Assembly: GCF_009914755.1 (NCBI RefSeq)
Contig: NC_060946.1
Length of the DNA stretch: 64,000 nucleotides
Strand: one strand, 5' to 3'
Source: the human T2T-CHM13v2.0 reference genome, Homo sapiens
In this document: piece after piece, positions 26,526 to 41,508 of the stretch
Numbering within the stretch: the stretch's first letter is position 1
Layout of the letters: each line of letters starts with the position of its first letter
Position numbers and translations under genes: made by a program
Notes under the pieces: generated by a model
Told to the model about the DNA's origin: nothing
The model's input: only the letters and a program-made list of their open reading frames with translations
Database searches by the model: none

Positions 26526-27154
26526 CCACCTGCTCACGAGGAAGGCAACCAAATGCAAGATACTCGACGAAACCTTGGGTTTTTAGAGCAAAAGAACAGA
26601 AACAGCTGTATGTGATGTTTTGAGGGAGAATGGGGACACTTGCCTCCAGATTGTATCTCGCGGTCACTGTGCCCATTTTCAGTGCCCCAGGCGCGGTGAC
26701 AGCACATCCTTCTGTGGAGAACACCTGTGGCTCTGGCAGCTCAGTTCTGAATGTTCCAGCAGATGTAAGAGGGGGTGAAGCAGGGGCAGCCAGACTTTCA
26801 CAACCTGCGGATCCAGGTGAACCCACGGGCTCATTTCACAGTCAGCTTGGCTGAAGATCTGAATTCCTATAAAAAACATTTGGGAATGAGAGTGAAGAGG
26901 GAGGTGAAGATCCCTCATCCCAGTTGGACCCCAGAACTCCAGTAGCATTCCTGAGGGCAGGATGGAGGGGTTCAGGGACCTTCTCCTCAAGGAGGGACCT
27001 GACCAAATCTCACCAGTGCCCGTGATCACTCAGGCCCCGAAGCCTCCACCAGGCCCAGGCAGGGCCACCTCTTACTCATCCCCCCACTCGACTGAACGCC
27101 AGCTCCTCGGGGCGGTGCTCCACACAGGTCCACGCAGGTGGAAGGGGTAGGTGA

Positions 27155-27447
27155 CACACACGCACAACACCCCCACATACACCACACACACCAAACACAC
27201 AACCCACAACCGCAAACCCACATACACCACACACACACCAAACCCACAACAACAAACCCACATACACCACACACACCAAACACACAACCACAAACCCACA
27301 TACACCACACACACCAAACACACAACCGCAAACCCACATACACCACACACACCAAACACACAACCGCAAACCCACATACACCACACACACCAAACACACA
27401 ATCATAAACCCACATACACCACACACACCAAACACACAACACACAAC
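27155..27447. repeat. 38-bp CA-rich VNTR (about 7 copies)
   Basis: aaacccacatacaccacacacaccaaacacacaaccgc repeated; tacacc at 27301 and 27339. Confidence 0.92.
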
Positions 27448-30400
27448 CTCAAACCCAATCAACCCCTCCCCCTCCCCCACCACACAACTAAGTGCCGCCT
27501 ACAGTTGCAGCGGCTCTGGGCTCTGGCAATTAAGGCGCACCTGCTGTATGCTGGAGCCCCAGGGAACACAGGCCCCACGGCAGAGGCACCGGGCCCTCCT
27601 CCTAGAGGCCTGTTCTCTCCTCCCTTCATGCTCCTGTCCCTTTGCAGCATAAGGGCTGAAGCTCAGGCTTTGAGAGCACCCTGAGTGTGATGGTTCTCAG
27701 GCACGCCTGCGTCTCCTGGTTGACACTGCCCGTGCTGCTCTCTGGCCTTTGCCTCCCACCCAACCTTGTCAGAAGTGGCCATAGATGTGTAGGTTTATCC
27801 TAGGCGAGTAAACAGGTGTGTTTCCCCCAGAGCCACAACGTGGAATGGAAAGATGGAATTGGTGAAGAGAAGCCTTGTCCCACGTGAGGCAATAGTCTCC
27901 CGAGGTCAGGGTCCGGGGAAAGATGCAGGCCTTGGTGTGGCCATCCCGAGCCCCAGGACCCCAAGAGAAACCAGCACGGTGCGTCTCAAGGGAGTGCCTA
28001 TGGGAAGGCAAATGTATCTGCCAATGGCACAGATGCCGAGAGGAAACCGAGGCAGCCCAGAGGGCCCTGGTCAGGGGCACCATGCAAGGGCATCTACACT
28101 GATGTCACCACTGGCCCTTCCCGCTCACCTGTGTACCCCTCTCCCCTGCGCCGTGTCCTGGGAGGCTGCCTGCATGAGCGTGTCCATGGTTTCTCCACCC
28201 CTCTCCCTGCTCCGCGTCCCGGGGGGCTGCCTGCATGAGAATGTCCACAAGCTCTCCACCCCTTTGCTTTTCAGATGGCATCAGCCACACGGAGGCACAA
28301 GAAAGATCCCAGAAGGAAGAAGGCTGAAGCCCAAGATCCACTGCCAGAGTCCGCCCCCTGGGTTGTCACTACGGCCATCTGTGTCCCCCTACAGAAGGGC
28401 ACACCCACACCAGCACCGCTGTCTCCAGGGTCTGGAAGGGCTGCTCCCTTTTCCTCTCCAAGCAGGGAGAGGGAAGTTCCTGCGCTGTGGGCCCTGTGTG
28501 CTCACCCCTATCACTGCCTTCCCTTAACCCTTTCTTACCTGTATGAGCAGAGGCCGCAGGCACGGTGTTTCTTTATCATCATTCCCAACCAGGACTGTGA
28601 TGAATATCACTTCTCAATCACAAACCTCTCATTGGACATTTGTTTAGGAATGGTGCTGACATCCACATGGCTGGGGGATTTTGGCTGTGACATTAAGTGA
28701 GCACATCGGCCAAGGATTTGGTGACTGCTTGTTCATTTCCAAAGATGGAAAGCCGCCCCTTCCTCCCGCAGGGGATGATGATGTTCAGGAGGGGGAAGAT
28801 TCAGGCCCTTCAACACATGGGTAATTCTATAATAATAACAGTGATGTCGGTGATGACTGACCACAGCAAGGACCAGTGCTTCTAGGTCCCCCCTGTGTCA
28901 GGTGCCTGGGCTGGCAGGGCCCTGCAGGCTGGGACCTCTCTCATCATCACAGAGCCTGCATGAAGCAGGTTATCCTCCCGCCCTTTAGATAGTGGGAGAC
29001 TGGGGCAAAGACCATTCAAGTCGAGTCTGCCAAGTGCCAGCTGGTGAGAAAGTGGTAGGTCCCCGCTGCTGAGGGCTTGGGTGGCACCCAGTAACCATGT
29101 TCACTGTTCGAGGAAGCTTCTTGTCCTTCCTTTTCCCAGGGGCAGACAGGCAGCTGGACCTGAGAGACCCAAGGCTCTGTGCCCAGCCAGTGTGGACGTG
29201 AAAAACGGGGCTGAAGTTCCTGTCTGCCTTATTAAGGCCGCTAAAGCCTTTTTCTCTCCCAGGGTTCACAGATGATGAAAAATGCATTTAATTCCACCCA
29301 TGGCTGTGCATTCATTTCCACCTTGCCCGAGATGGCCAGTGGAAATTAATGTGCACACGGGCGTCTGACCATTTATCAATAAAAGCCCTGGTCTCTGTAC
29401 CTTTGAACTCCAATAAGAAAATTAACCATTGTCATAAGGACAGTACCTTCTCACGCCTGGATTCAGCAAAGTAATCGAACGCCATGCATCCGCTATTGCA
29501 CAGCTTTAATTAGCACCCAATTCAAGTCCGCACCGCCCAGCAGAGCATTGCAGGGGAACCATGGGCCTGCGCGTTTGCTTTTTAATTTCCAGCAATGATC
29601 TGGTGATTATGAGAGTGTCCACTTTCCATATTTATACTGATTGCTTTTTCATTTACTCTGCTTTCCATTATGAAACGCAAATGGAAAGGTGTCCTAGAAC
29701 CAGCTTAATTGAGTTCAAGTCATGTTACTGGACATCAAGTGATGTTAAAAGCACGTTCTATTTCAGCTAAGTTATTATTTGGCCCTAAACCAAATGGATC
29801 TCAATTTTTTAAAGAGAATGCATCAAATAAACATATGCAGGGAAAAATCTCAAAATAAACCATCTCCGTCGTGTTGACTCTCCACGCTGAAGTACATGGT
29901 GGAAACAAGCATAGGAATTAGACACAGCAACTTTCTAATGTAACGCAGAGTAAATTCTAAAATACATCTTAAAATTAGAACACTTCACAACAGGAGTGAT
30001 CTAACAGGTGTCTAATAGGCCAGACGTTCTGCTCTGTAATGCATGACACGAACACCCCTGGACCCACAGCACCTCTCAGGGCGAGCACCAGCGTCTGCAC
30101 ATTCGTGGTGCACGGAGGGATGGAGGTTCAGGCTGGCAGAAGGACATGTCCATTTAGGTCAGCACAGCCGGTAGGTGGCTGTGCCGAGAACCTGGGTCTG
30201 ACCACAGAGCCAGGCCCTTGCACCCTCCTCCCTAGTCTCCACTCCCTTGGGTGCTGACAAATCAAGCTGTCCGTCAGTGATTGTCTCCAAAGATACCGAC
30301 GTTTCACATTTCAATTTGACTAGCATTGAAATGCTGAGAACTCTGACATCGCCTCAAGTCAGGGACTCTATAGCCAAGTTTAGAACTGGAGGAAAGCTCT

Positions 30401-31999
30401 GAGACTCCACCTCAAGGCAAGAATCAACGTTTACTGCATTTGACTCAATGGGAAATGGTCAAAGACTGGACAGAGTTGCCAAGCAGTTTCTCCTCCAATG
30501 CAGCTCCGGGAGGCCTGGCCACAGCCACAACGAGTCCTGGACTCTGTGTAGGCTCTGCTGACAACCCTCCATCTGTGGGGCAACTCAGTCCAAACTCCAG
30601 GAAATAGCCTCAAGGTGGCCACAGGTGGCCCTGCCTGCCTCTGCAGACCCTCCAGCCTCAGCCCAGGAGCTCCAGCTCAAAGGGCTACCCCTGCATCTGC
30701 TGTCCCTCTCTCACTCCAGACCTTGCTTGCTCCCTTCAGCCATCACGTGGAGGGGCTGCCGGGGCTCCCAGGGTCCAGGCCCAGGCCTCAGCCTTGCGCC
30801 TTGGTGGGAGGAATTACAAGAAGGGAGAGACCAGAACTCGGGGGCAGGTGCTGACCACGGAGGCTTGGGGCACTGGATACTGCAGCCTTATCAGACTCAG
30901 CCTCGGGCTGGGCAGGAAAAGTCACCTCAGAGAAAGGGCTCTTGGGCTGTGGTTAAAGTGGGAAGTGAGAAGGGAGGCCTGTGGTAGGAAGAGATCTGAG
31001 GCAGATGGAAACCACACACAAATGTCAAGTGGCCGTCAACAACCGGGGCTTGTTTTGGAAAGCAAGCTTTGTTTGTCCCGTGATGACTAGATGGAAACTC
31101 ATTAGGAAGCAGCAGGATTCCTAACAAGACCCTTGCATTCTAGGAGGATGAATGACTCTGTCCTGAGAGCCGATGGAGCGCAGGATGGTTTTGGAGAGCG
31201 ACTGGTTGGCTGGGCCCCAGGTGCACAATGCAGAGCCCAAGCCTCCTCTCCTCTCTGCTCTCCATTCCACACTCCCCTTCTCCCTTCACAAGGTAGCTGT
31301 CCCAGTGTGCTTCGTGCCTTCTTTACATGTACAAATTTTTGACAAAACACGTGCTGTTGTCTTCAAATCATGAACCTCCAAGCATGCCAACGGGGGGGTT
31401 ACCTAGCACTCGGGGTCCTGGAGAACGTTTCCTGTGGGCCTCTGCGCCCCCACACTGTTGCTTCTGAATGCCGCCGTGCCCTGGCTGCTGCAGCTGCAGA
31501 GGCTCGACTGGGGAGGCCTCCGTGTGTGTGTGAGAGGGTCCCTGTGCGGGAAGATTGCACAGCGTAGCAAGGAAGGGGCTCCAATGCAGCCACTGGGAGG
31601 ACCACACAGTCAGGTGCTGAGGGAGGGAGCCAGGAGCCAGGCACAGAGAAGCCCCCGTCTGCAGGGCTCCAAATCCAGGCCACTCCTCTGTGTTCATACA
31701 AGTGTGGGGCTGCTGGCTGGGAGGGGCACATGGAGCCTCCGGGGCACTGGGAATATTCCAGAAGCTTATTTAGAGGAGGGCCTTGATCATGTGACATACA
31801 TAGAAATTTATTGACTATATCCTAAATATCTATGGACTTTACTGTAAGTTACTCCTCAATTAAATAAAATAAGGGTGCCCTGTAGGGGCTCATGTGGGAG
31901 AAGGCCGAGGTGCAGGCCTGGAGAAGATTAACCGTACCTGTAGGACCAGCAAGGGACAGCCGCCACCTCAGCTGGGAAGCCATGAGGGCTTAGATCTGG

Positions 32000-32170
32000 G
32001 TTCTCAGCTCCCATGTACATCAGAATCACTAGGGGAACTTAGTAAACACACCCCACTGCTCAGACACCACCAGGAAGATGGGGTCAGAGTCCCTGGAGGT
32101 GGAGGCCAAGAATGAGTATTGGTTGAAAGGTATCAGGGTGATTTTCAGGTACGTCCTGGGCTGGGCATTC
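32000..32170. mobile_element. MER5-family hAT MITE
   Basis: gttctcagct...acatcagaatcactaggggaactt...ggtggaggccaagaatgagtatt...ggtgattttc. Confidence 0.65.
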
Positions 32171-32506
32171 TGGCTTAGAGGGAGCCCAGGGCAGCTGGCA
32201 TGGAATGCCAGAAACGTGAAGAAGGAAACGTGAAGAAGGAAAATCGCCAGGACTCTGTACCTGATTGGAGGTGAGGGAAGAGATAAAGGGAGTGGCCTGA
32301 TATGACCCTCAAAGGTTTTATCTGGTGGGAGATTGCAGGGTTGGGGGCATCTGCTGTTCTGTGAGAGGGAAATGAGGAGAGAAAAGGGTCTGGAATGGGT
32401 AGAGAGGGACCTCCTGCTCTCTGCAAAATGTGCTCCCCCAACACTCACCTGAGCAACTGCCTTCTCCAGCCAGCATTTCAGGCTGGAGTCCGTGTCTTCT
32501 CTGAGG

Positions 32507-33097
32507 TATGGGAAACAAACTCTCCTGTCCAAACCCAAAAAATGGACTCAGAGACCCGGAGAACAGTGAAAGTGAGACTTTTAATGATGATCTTGTGAGA
32601 TCGGGTGTCTGATGGGCAGGGGCACCCAGCACAGCCACAACAACCAACTTATCCCCTAGTGTGCAGGCCCCTCCCCCGGTTCCTCATAGGCTGAGTACTC
32701 TGGGGCCACAATCTTCCCAGACGTCAACTGTCTGTTGTTGGGCAGGGGCTTTAGGTGTTTTCTTTAGGGTTGTCTTGCTGCATTTTGTTGCAGCCAACAC
32801 TGCATTGCAATCCTAGTTAGCTCAGGGGCTTTTTAAGTATTTGACTTATGACCTAAGTAGCTGGGCAGGCTGATAAGAACAGACAGTGAGCCATTTTGCA
32901 GGCTGATAAACCTTCATCTTAGACTAAACTTCTTTGGTTCTGATGAGGGCAAGAAAAGTGGGGTGTACCAATAAGCAGGTGTCAGCTATCCAACCAGGAG
33001 CCTAGTATCTTCTGTTTTTTTTGTGTAGTTTGCTGACCTAAGCTGATTTAAGGCACTTTGTCTTGGAAATGGACCACTGTATACATTATTTCCTCCA
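32507..33097 (-). mobile_element. ERV solo LTR, probably LTR18-like
   Basis: About 590-bp block; reverse strand starts tggaggaaataatgtatacagtggtccatttccaagacaaagtgcc; gagg flanks both ends (32503-32506, 33098-33101); subfamily from memory only. Confidence 0.6.
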
Positions 33098-33430
33098 GAG
33101 GGACTGTCCTTCCTCCACCCCAGCCCCAGTACCCAGGCTGTGTGGGTCGTTTGCACCTTTGCGCAGCATCAGGGGCCCCTCCCTGTGGGTTTTACTGTGC
33201 ACTTTATTTTGGAAGGGTTGAATCGTGGAGCTTTCTCCCCACCACATCGTGAGCGTCTCGAACGCTTCACTTTTGTTCTCCCAGGGAAACTTCTGTCTCT
33301 TAGATTAGGTCCCGTGCCTGCATGGGAACAGGGGCTCAAGAGATAAACGTGGAGTTTAAAAAGTGCATGGGTAGGGGGTCTCAGGACAGAGGAGGAGGGG
33401 TGAGCAGAGAGCACTGAGTGGAGTGACTAT

Positions 33431-33513
33431 GGGGGTCGGGGCCCGGGTCGGGGTGGGGGTCGGGGCCCGGGTCGGGGTGGGGGTCGGGGCCCGGGTCGGG
33501 GTGGGGGTGGGGG
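33431..33513. repeat. 24-bp G-rich tandem repeat, 3 perfect copies (gggggtcggggcccgggtcggggt)
   Basis: Directly visible. Confidence 0.95.
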
Positions 33514-33780
33514 CTGCACAGACGCATGGACAGTGGTGTGGTGAGTATCCCAGCTCAGACCCATGAACTTCCTGAGTCTGGAGTGATCTGCAATGGTGGG
33601 AACCTGGGCTTTCTAAGAGAAGAAACGAAGAAAACAAACACTAAGGCGCAGGGAGAGAAAGACCCTCCTGGATGCTGAGAATCCGGCTCTCGCTTTCCCA
33701 GAAAGGGTGAGGCACCAGGTCCTAGCAACAGCAGATGAGGTCTCAGGAATGATACCGGCCATTTCTTGTATCATTTAAGG

Positions 33781-35263
33781 CAGGGGTTCGCAAGTTGCCT
33801 TCTGTGGACCCCTGGGAGTGCCAGAGATAATTTCAGGGTGTTCTTCAGGTTAAAACTATGTTCATACGCTTGCTAAGAAGTGACTTGCCTTTTGCACTGT
33901 GTTGACATTCGCAAGGGTGTGCAGAATTGATGGCAACAGGTAAGACTTAGGATGCCTTGCAATGAATTATAGCATGTCTCCAACATGTGCCACTGTCATC
34001 GTCTCCTTCACCACACACGTTTGCGGTAAGGCAGGTGGACGGATGATAACGCATGGACAGACAGACAGAGGTAAGATGGGAAAACACTGTTTCACTCATG
34101 AATGTCCCTGACAAAGCAGCACAGAACTTCACCTTGGAGCATGCATCTTTTTAGTATTCCATGTGAAGAGATGGAAAGTGCACTGAAAACATCTCTGCTG
34201 ACCATGGAAGGAACCTTGCTGGCCCGAGGAAAAGCATTGGTATGGCTGTTTAAGTTCTGGGCTGAGCTAGCTGTTCTCTTCATGAAAGAACACTCCTCCT
34301 CGTAGGGACGTCTGTGCTAACACAAACTGTGGTTACTTAGACGTGGGTCTTTGCCAACCATTTTCCTAAAAATGAAACAATGAGCCTCTATCACTTCAAT
34401 ACAAACAAATGACAGTATTTATGAATGACAAATTGGAAATATTAAGCAAAAATTGGAATTTTGACGAACACATATGTGCCATTGAGAGACTAAGAGTTTC
34501 CCAATGTTTAAAAACTCTCGTGAAGAAGTAAGTAGTGATACTAAGGAATGCAATTTTATATCAATAATATCATGTGTTAATATTTGAAAGGTCTTCATAA
34601 TTCAGTGAACCAATATTTTCAAATAACCAATGCATGATCTCACAAGACCATGCCTTTGTAACAGTGCTATTTGATGGCTGACCAATGTTTGGCTTTTTTT
34701 CTTGAATGCAGCTCATTGTGAAAGATAATTGATATAGTTTCAGATTCCACATGGCAACTAACTTTTTAAAAACTACCGTTTGTTAAGTTTTGATGTAACA
34801 TCAAAAATAATCTTCATAATTATCTGAAAAGTCTATGAAAATACGCTTCCATTTTCCACCTGGATATCTATGCAAGGCCGAATTGTCTTTGCATACTTCA
34901 CCCAAAATAACATATTGCAACAGTTTGCATGCCGAAGAGAAGATGAGAACCCATCTGTCTTCTGTTAAACCAGGCACTAGGGAGATTTGCAGAAATATAA
35001 AACAATGTCACTCTTCTCCTTAACTTTGGCTTCGTCTTGGAAAACACTTAATTTTAATTAAAAACAGGTTATGTTTACACATCATGAGCTGACTGCAATT
35101 TTTATATTAAAAAATATGCAAACACTTAAAACATGTTTCAGTGTTCATTTCTCACATGGTAAATATCGATAGTTATAACTCATGTGAACCCAAGGTTTTT
35201 GGGCCTTCAGTGATTTTCAAGAGTGGAAAGGGTTCCTAAGACTAAATCATTTGAGAACCACTG
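33781..35263 (+). mobile_element. Charlie1a-like hAT DNA transposon, near full length (~1.48 kb), decayed
   Basis: Terminal inverted repeats caggggttcgcaa / ttgagaaccactg; internal Charlie1-like sequence (gctgagctagctg, aaacaaatgacagtattt, tatctgtcttctgttaa-like). Confidence 0.82.
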
Positions 35264-35361
35264 ACTCTGGTCAGGAGCGCCCTGGCCACTCCCTTGTTTG
35301 CCTTGCAGTGCCTGCGGGATGGCTCTGGGGGGGTTTTGTCCCATTTTTATCCCTTGTGTCA

Positions 35362-35660
35362 AATTTTTATTGACAAATAAAAATTATGTATATTCAAGGA
35401 GTCGAAGTAAGTATTTCAAGGAGTGATTGGCACACTGAACAGGCTCACTGTAGCACTGCTCACAAGGGCCAAGATCCAGAAACAATCTCCATGTGTGTCT
35501 ATGGAAGACTGCGTACTGTAATGTGATGTATACCCAATGGAACATTATTCAGCCATAAAGAAGGAAGTCCTGCTATTTACAACAACATGGACGGACCTGG
35601 AGGCCGTTATGCCAAGTGAAATGAGCCAGGCCCAGAGAGACAAGTCTGGCATGGTCTCCT
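35362..35660 (+). mobile_element. Old L1M fragment with a short inverted 3' terminus
   Basis: caatggaacattattcagccataaagaaggaagtcctgctatttacaacaacatgg in sense; ttttattgacaaataaaaattatgtatattcaagg in antisense. Confidence 0.7.
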
Positions 35661-36879
35661 TCCAGGCCTCATCTCCTTCCAGGCCTTGTCTCCTCAAGGG
35701 CGGCATGGCTGGGGCCCAACTTGCCCTGCTCTGTCTCTTTCCTCCCTGCAGGAGCCACCCTGGGTCTCCGCCAGATGTCTGAGGAGCTGTCATCTGGCTG
35801 TGGGACTCCGGCTCTTACCACCAGACTGCTGTCCCCAGCATCTGGGCCTGGGAGACAATCCCTTTCCCTCCCACTCCTAGGATTGCTGGAAATTGCTTAA
35901 CTCCCACCTGCAGGGGGAATGGGGGCCCAGAGACAGGCACAGCAGGCCTGGCAGAGGGCCTGGGGAAAGGCATCCTGGAGCAGCCAGGCTGACGTGGGTT
36001 TTGAGGGCTGCATGGAGCCAGCAACTAAGGATGAGGGGCTGGTGCCGCAGTCAGAGAGAAGAGTGTGCATGGATGGGGGAACCGGGTGCAGAGGCAGGGA
36101 GGAGGGATGGGAGGGCAGCAGGGGTGGGAGGCAGGCGGGGTGGGGAGAATGTGCACACCTAGAGGCTCACTGAGCAGGTGGTGCCCCCCGCATATCCTGA
36201 GAGCATCTGAGCCCCACAAATTCTGCCCTCCCAGCGTCTCCGTCCCAGGGAGTGGAATCTCTTGCCAAGAGGCCAGCTTTCTGGGCCTGGACTCCTCGTT
36301 AGACACCCAGCAGGTCTCCACCCTCCTTCCTGTCCCAGGAACTGTCCTCTGTTACTAATCTGTCCCATCACAAGCCTCCAAGATGGCCAGCAAGGCTGAG
36401 GTCACCTGACTGCAAGGCTGACTCTCGTGGCCTCTTGCCCTAAGCTCACCGTGGCTGCTACATGGCTGTGTCCAGGAATGCCAAGGCCACTACACAGCTG
36501 TGTCCGGGACCCTTTCAGGGTCAGAGTTGGAACCTGCTTTCTGCAGGGTCCTGAGCACGGTCCCCTCTTGAAGGGAAGCTGAGCATGCTGGGCTTGCGGC
36601 TCTCAGCGGGAGGACGGGGCCAGGCTGAGGACAGCCAGGAGAGCCTGGGCTGCCGCCTCCTTCCTAAGCCCCTAAATCATCTCCGAAGACACATAATTAA
36701 ACCACAAATCAGATAATCTAAGGGCTCGGGTTTGTTTTGTTTTGTTTTATCACATGTCAGAAGCTGGAACAGCAAGCCGTTCGTCCTCCCACTCCCACAG
36801 GGCCAGGATGACTCAGTCCTTCCCCGGCCGGTGGTGCCAGCAGCAGGACGCCAGCCAGAGCCCGTTCCGGGTCACACCC

Positions 36880-37000
36880 CAGGCCCAGGGCAAGGCACGG
36901 CACCTCTCCTGCCTCAGTTTCCTCTTTTGTAAAAGAAGAATGAGAATGGCCTCCCCCTTGGGGCTGCTAAGCACAGACACGGTAAATGCTCAGTGCCTGT
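36880..37000 (+). mobile_element. MIR core fragment
   Basis: gggcaaggcac...tgcctcagtttcctcttttgtaaaa. Confidence 0.65.
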
Positions 37001-37397
37001 GAGCACTGGGATTTTTCTCTGCACCCACGCAGCAGCAGGCTTCTGTTTGTCCACTTGTATGCTTATGGAGACCTAGAATGGGGCTGCAGCTTCACTGCTA
37101 AGACCCAGGCCTAGTCTTTTTATCTCTCTGGGCTCAGTCCTTTCACTGGTAGACTGTGGACCCGATCTTCCCCAGGGTCTCTGTTCCATGCCTCCTTGGG
37201 CAGGCTATAAGAAAGCGAAAGTCAGCTAAGCCAGGAGACTCGCACAGGACGCAGGGAGAAGGGGCTGGGGTGTGCCTCCCACTGCTCCCAAAGGGCAGAA
37301 AGAGGCAGCATAAAGTGGACAAGGGCCTTTGGGTTGTATGGAATACATGGACTTGATCCCAGCTGGTGGGGATGAGAGAGAAAGCAGGTTTGCCCTC

Positions 37398-37879
37398 TAG
37401 GAAAGGAAAATAAATCTTGGCCCCTCCCCGCCCCACCAAAATCACTAAGCTAAAGGGAAAAGTCAAGCTGGGAACTGCTCAGGGCAAACCTGCCTCCCAC
37501 TCTATTTAAAGCCCCCCACCCTGCTCACTGAGATGAATGCACATCTTATTGCCTCATTTGCAGAGGCTGATCAGAAACTCAAAAGAATGCAACCATTCGT
37601 CTCTTGTCTACCTGTGACCTGGAAGCCCCCTCCCCACTTCCATTTGTCCCGCTTTCGCCTCGAGTTGTCCTGCCTTTCCAAGCTGAACTAATGTTCATCT
37701 TGCATATGCTGATCAATGTCTCATTTCTCCCTGAAATGTATAAAACCAAACTGTGCCCTGGCCACCTTGGGCACATGTCATCAGGGCCTCCTGAGGCTGT
37801 GTCATGGGCGCGTCCTCAACCTTGGCAAAATAAACTTTCTAAATTAACTGAGACCTGTCTCAGATATTCGGGATTCACA
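37398..37879 (+). mobile_element. MER4-family ERV1 solo LTR (MER4A-like)
   Basis: gaaaggaaaataaatcttgg...aaaatcactaagctaaagggaaaagtcaagctgggaactg ... ggcaaaataaactttctaaattaactgagacctgtctcagatatt...ttcaca. Confidence 0.88.
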
Positions 37880-38746
37880 GGTCCCTGATCACAGCAGTGA
37901 AGTTACATTGCCACCTTCTCAAGTGTGACACAGCACATCCTGCAAAACCAAAAGGCCCCCCTCCCTCCCCATGCACCTGCCTGCACCCTCCTGGTTTTCT
38001 GCCTCAGTCCCAGCCCCGTCCTGAGATCTCACGAGGCCTGTTTCTCCAGCTGCTCCCACTGTTCTGCGTTGGAGGTTTCCTTCCTGGGGGATTGACTGGG
38101 CCTGCCTGGGTAAGATCGGTTTTCCTACCCCTCTTCTATTTTGGGGAGCCTGTTTTTCTTATATTGATTTTAATTTATACCTGCTTATTTAAAAAGTAAG
38201 TTATAAAACTTATTTTATTCTCATGTTTCATCCTTCATCTTCACTGGCATTTTTCCCTGCACCAACTGTGGGCATGAGCCATGTGGGAGTCCGGAGACCC
38301 CAGCCCCACCTGGAAGGGGTTTCCCCGTCTGGTAGGACACAGCCAGTGACAGACAGCTGAAGCACCGTGGGCCAGCTCATCTGATGGGATTGGTCTATAT
38401 AGAAAAAGTAACTTTTCAAATGTTGGGTGTTTCACATCGGAATTGCATGCCGTTGGACACTTTCTGCATTAGCAAGAGTTATGCCTGCTGGATGAAGAAA
38501 TAAACGCCAAAACCTCAGAGCCATTGTGGAACACAGATCATAGTGGATGGCCAGCCAACTCCACTGTGGGCAGACGTTGGTGTGGTCCTTGGGCCAAGCC
38601 TCCCTTTCTTCTGTGCTGAACTTTGTCGGGAGATTCGAGGCAAATGCTTGCCTGCCGTTCTTGAGGAACTGCTGTACCAGAAAATGAACCCAAATGTGAC
38701 CCCTTCAGACTGAGGGGTTGAAGGTTTTGTTTAATATTATGGAGGC

Positions 38747-39067
38747 GGCCAGGCGCAGTGGCTCACGCCTGTAATCCCAGCACTTTGGGATGTCGAGGCA
38801 GGCGGATCACGAGGTCAGGAGTTCCAGACCAGCCTGGCCAATGTGGTATAACCCTGTCTCTACTAATAATAACAGAAATTAGCCAGGCGTGGTGGTGTGC
38901 ACCTGTAATTTCAGCTACTCGGGAGGCTGAGGCAGAAGAACTGTGTGAAGCCAGGAGGCAGAGGTAATAGTGAGCTGAGATCACACTACTGTACTCCAGC
39001 CTGGAGGTCAGAGTGAGACTTCGTCTCGAAAAAAAAAAAAAAGAAAAAAGAAAGAAAGAAAAGAAAC
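38747..39067 (+). mobile_element. AluS (Sg-like) with A/GAAA tail
   Basis: Full dimer. Confidence 0.95.
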
Positions 39068-39084
39068 AATGAACAGAACAGTGC

Positions 39085-41090
<2,006 letters not shown>

Positions 41091-41108
41091 CTTAATCAGT
41101 TGCATGAC

Positions 41109-41508
<400 letters not shown>

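Noticed and set aside
28150-28530. Possible LTR33/LTR16-like ERVL LTR remnant
   Set aside because: Similarity by eye is too faint to set family or boundaries.
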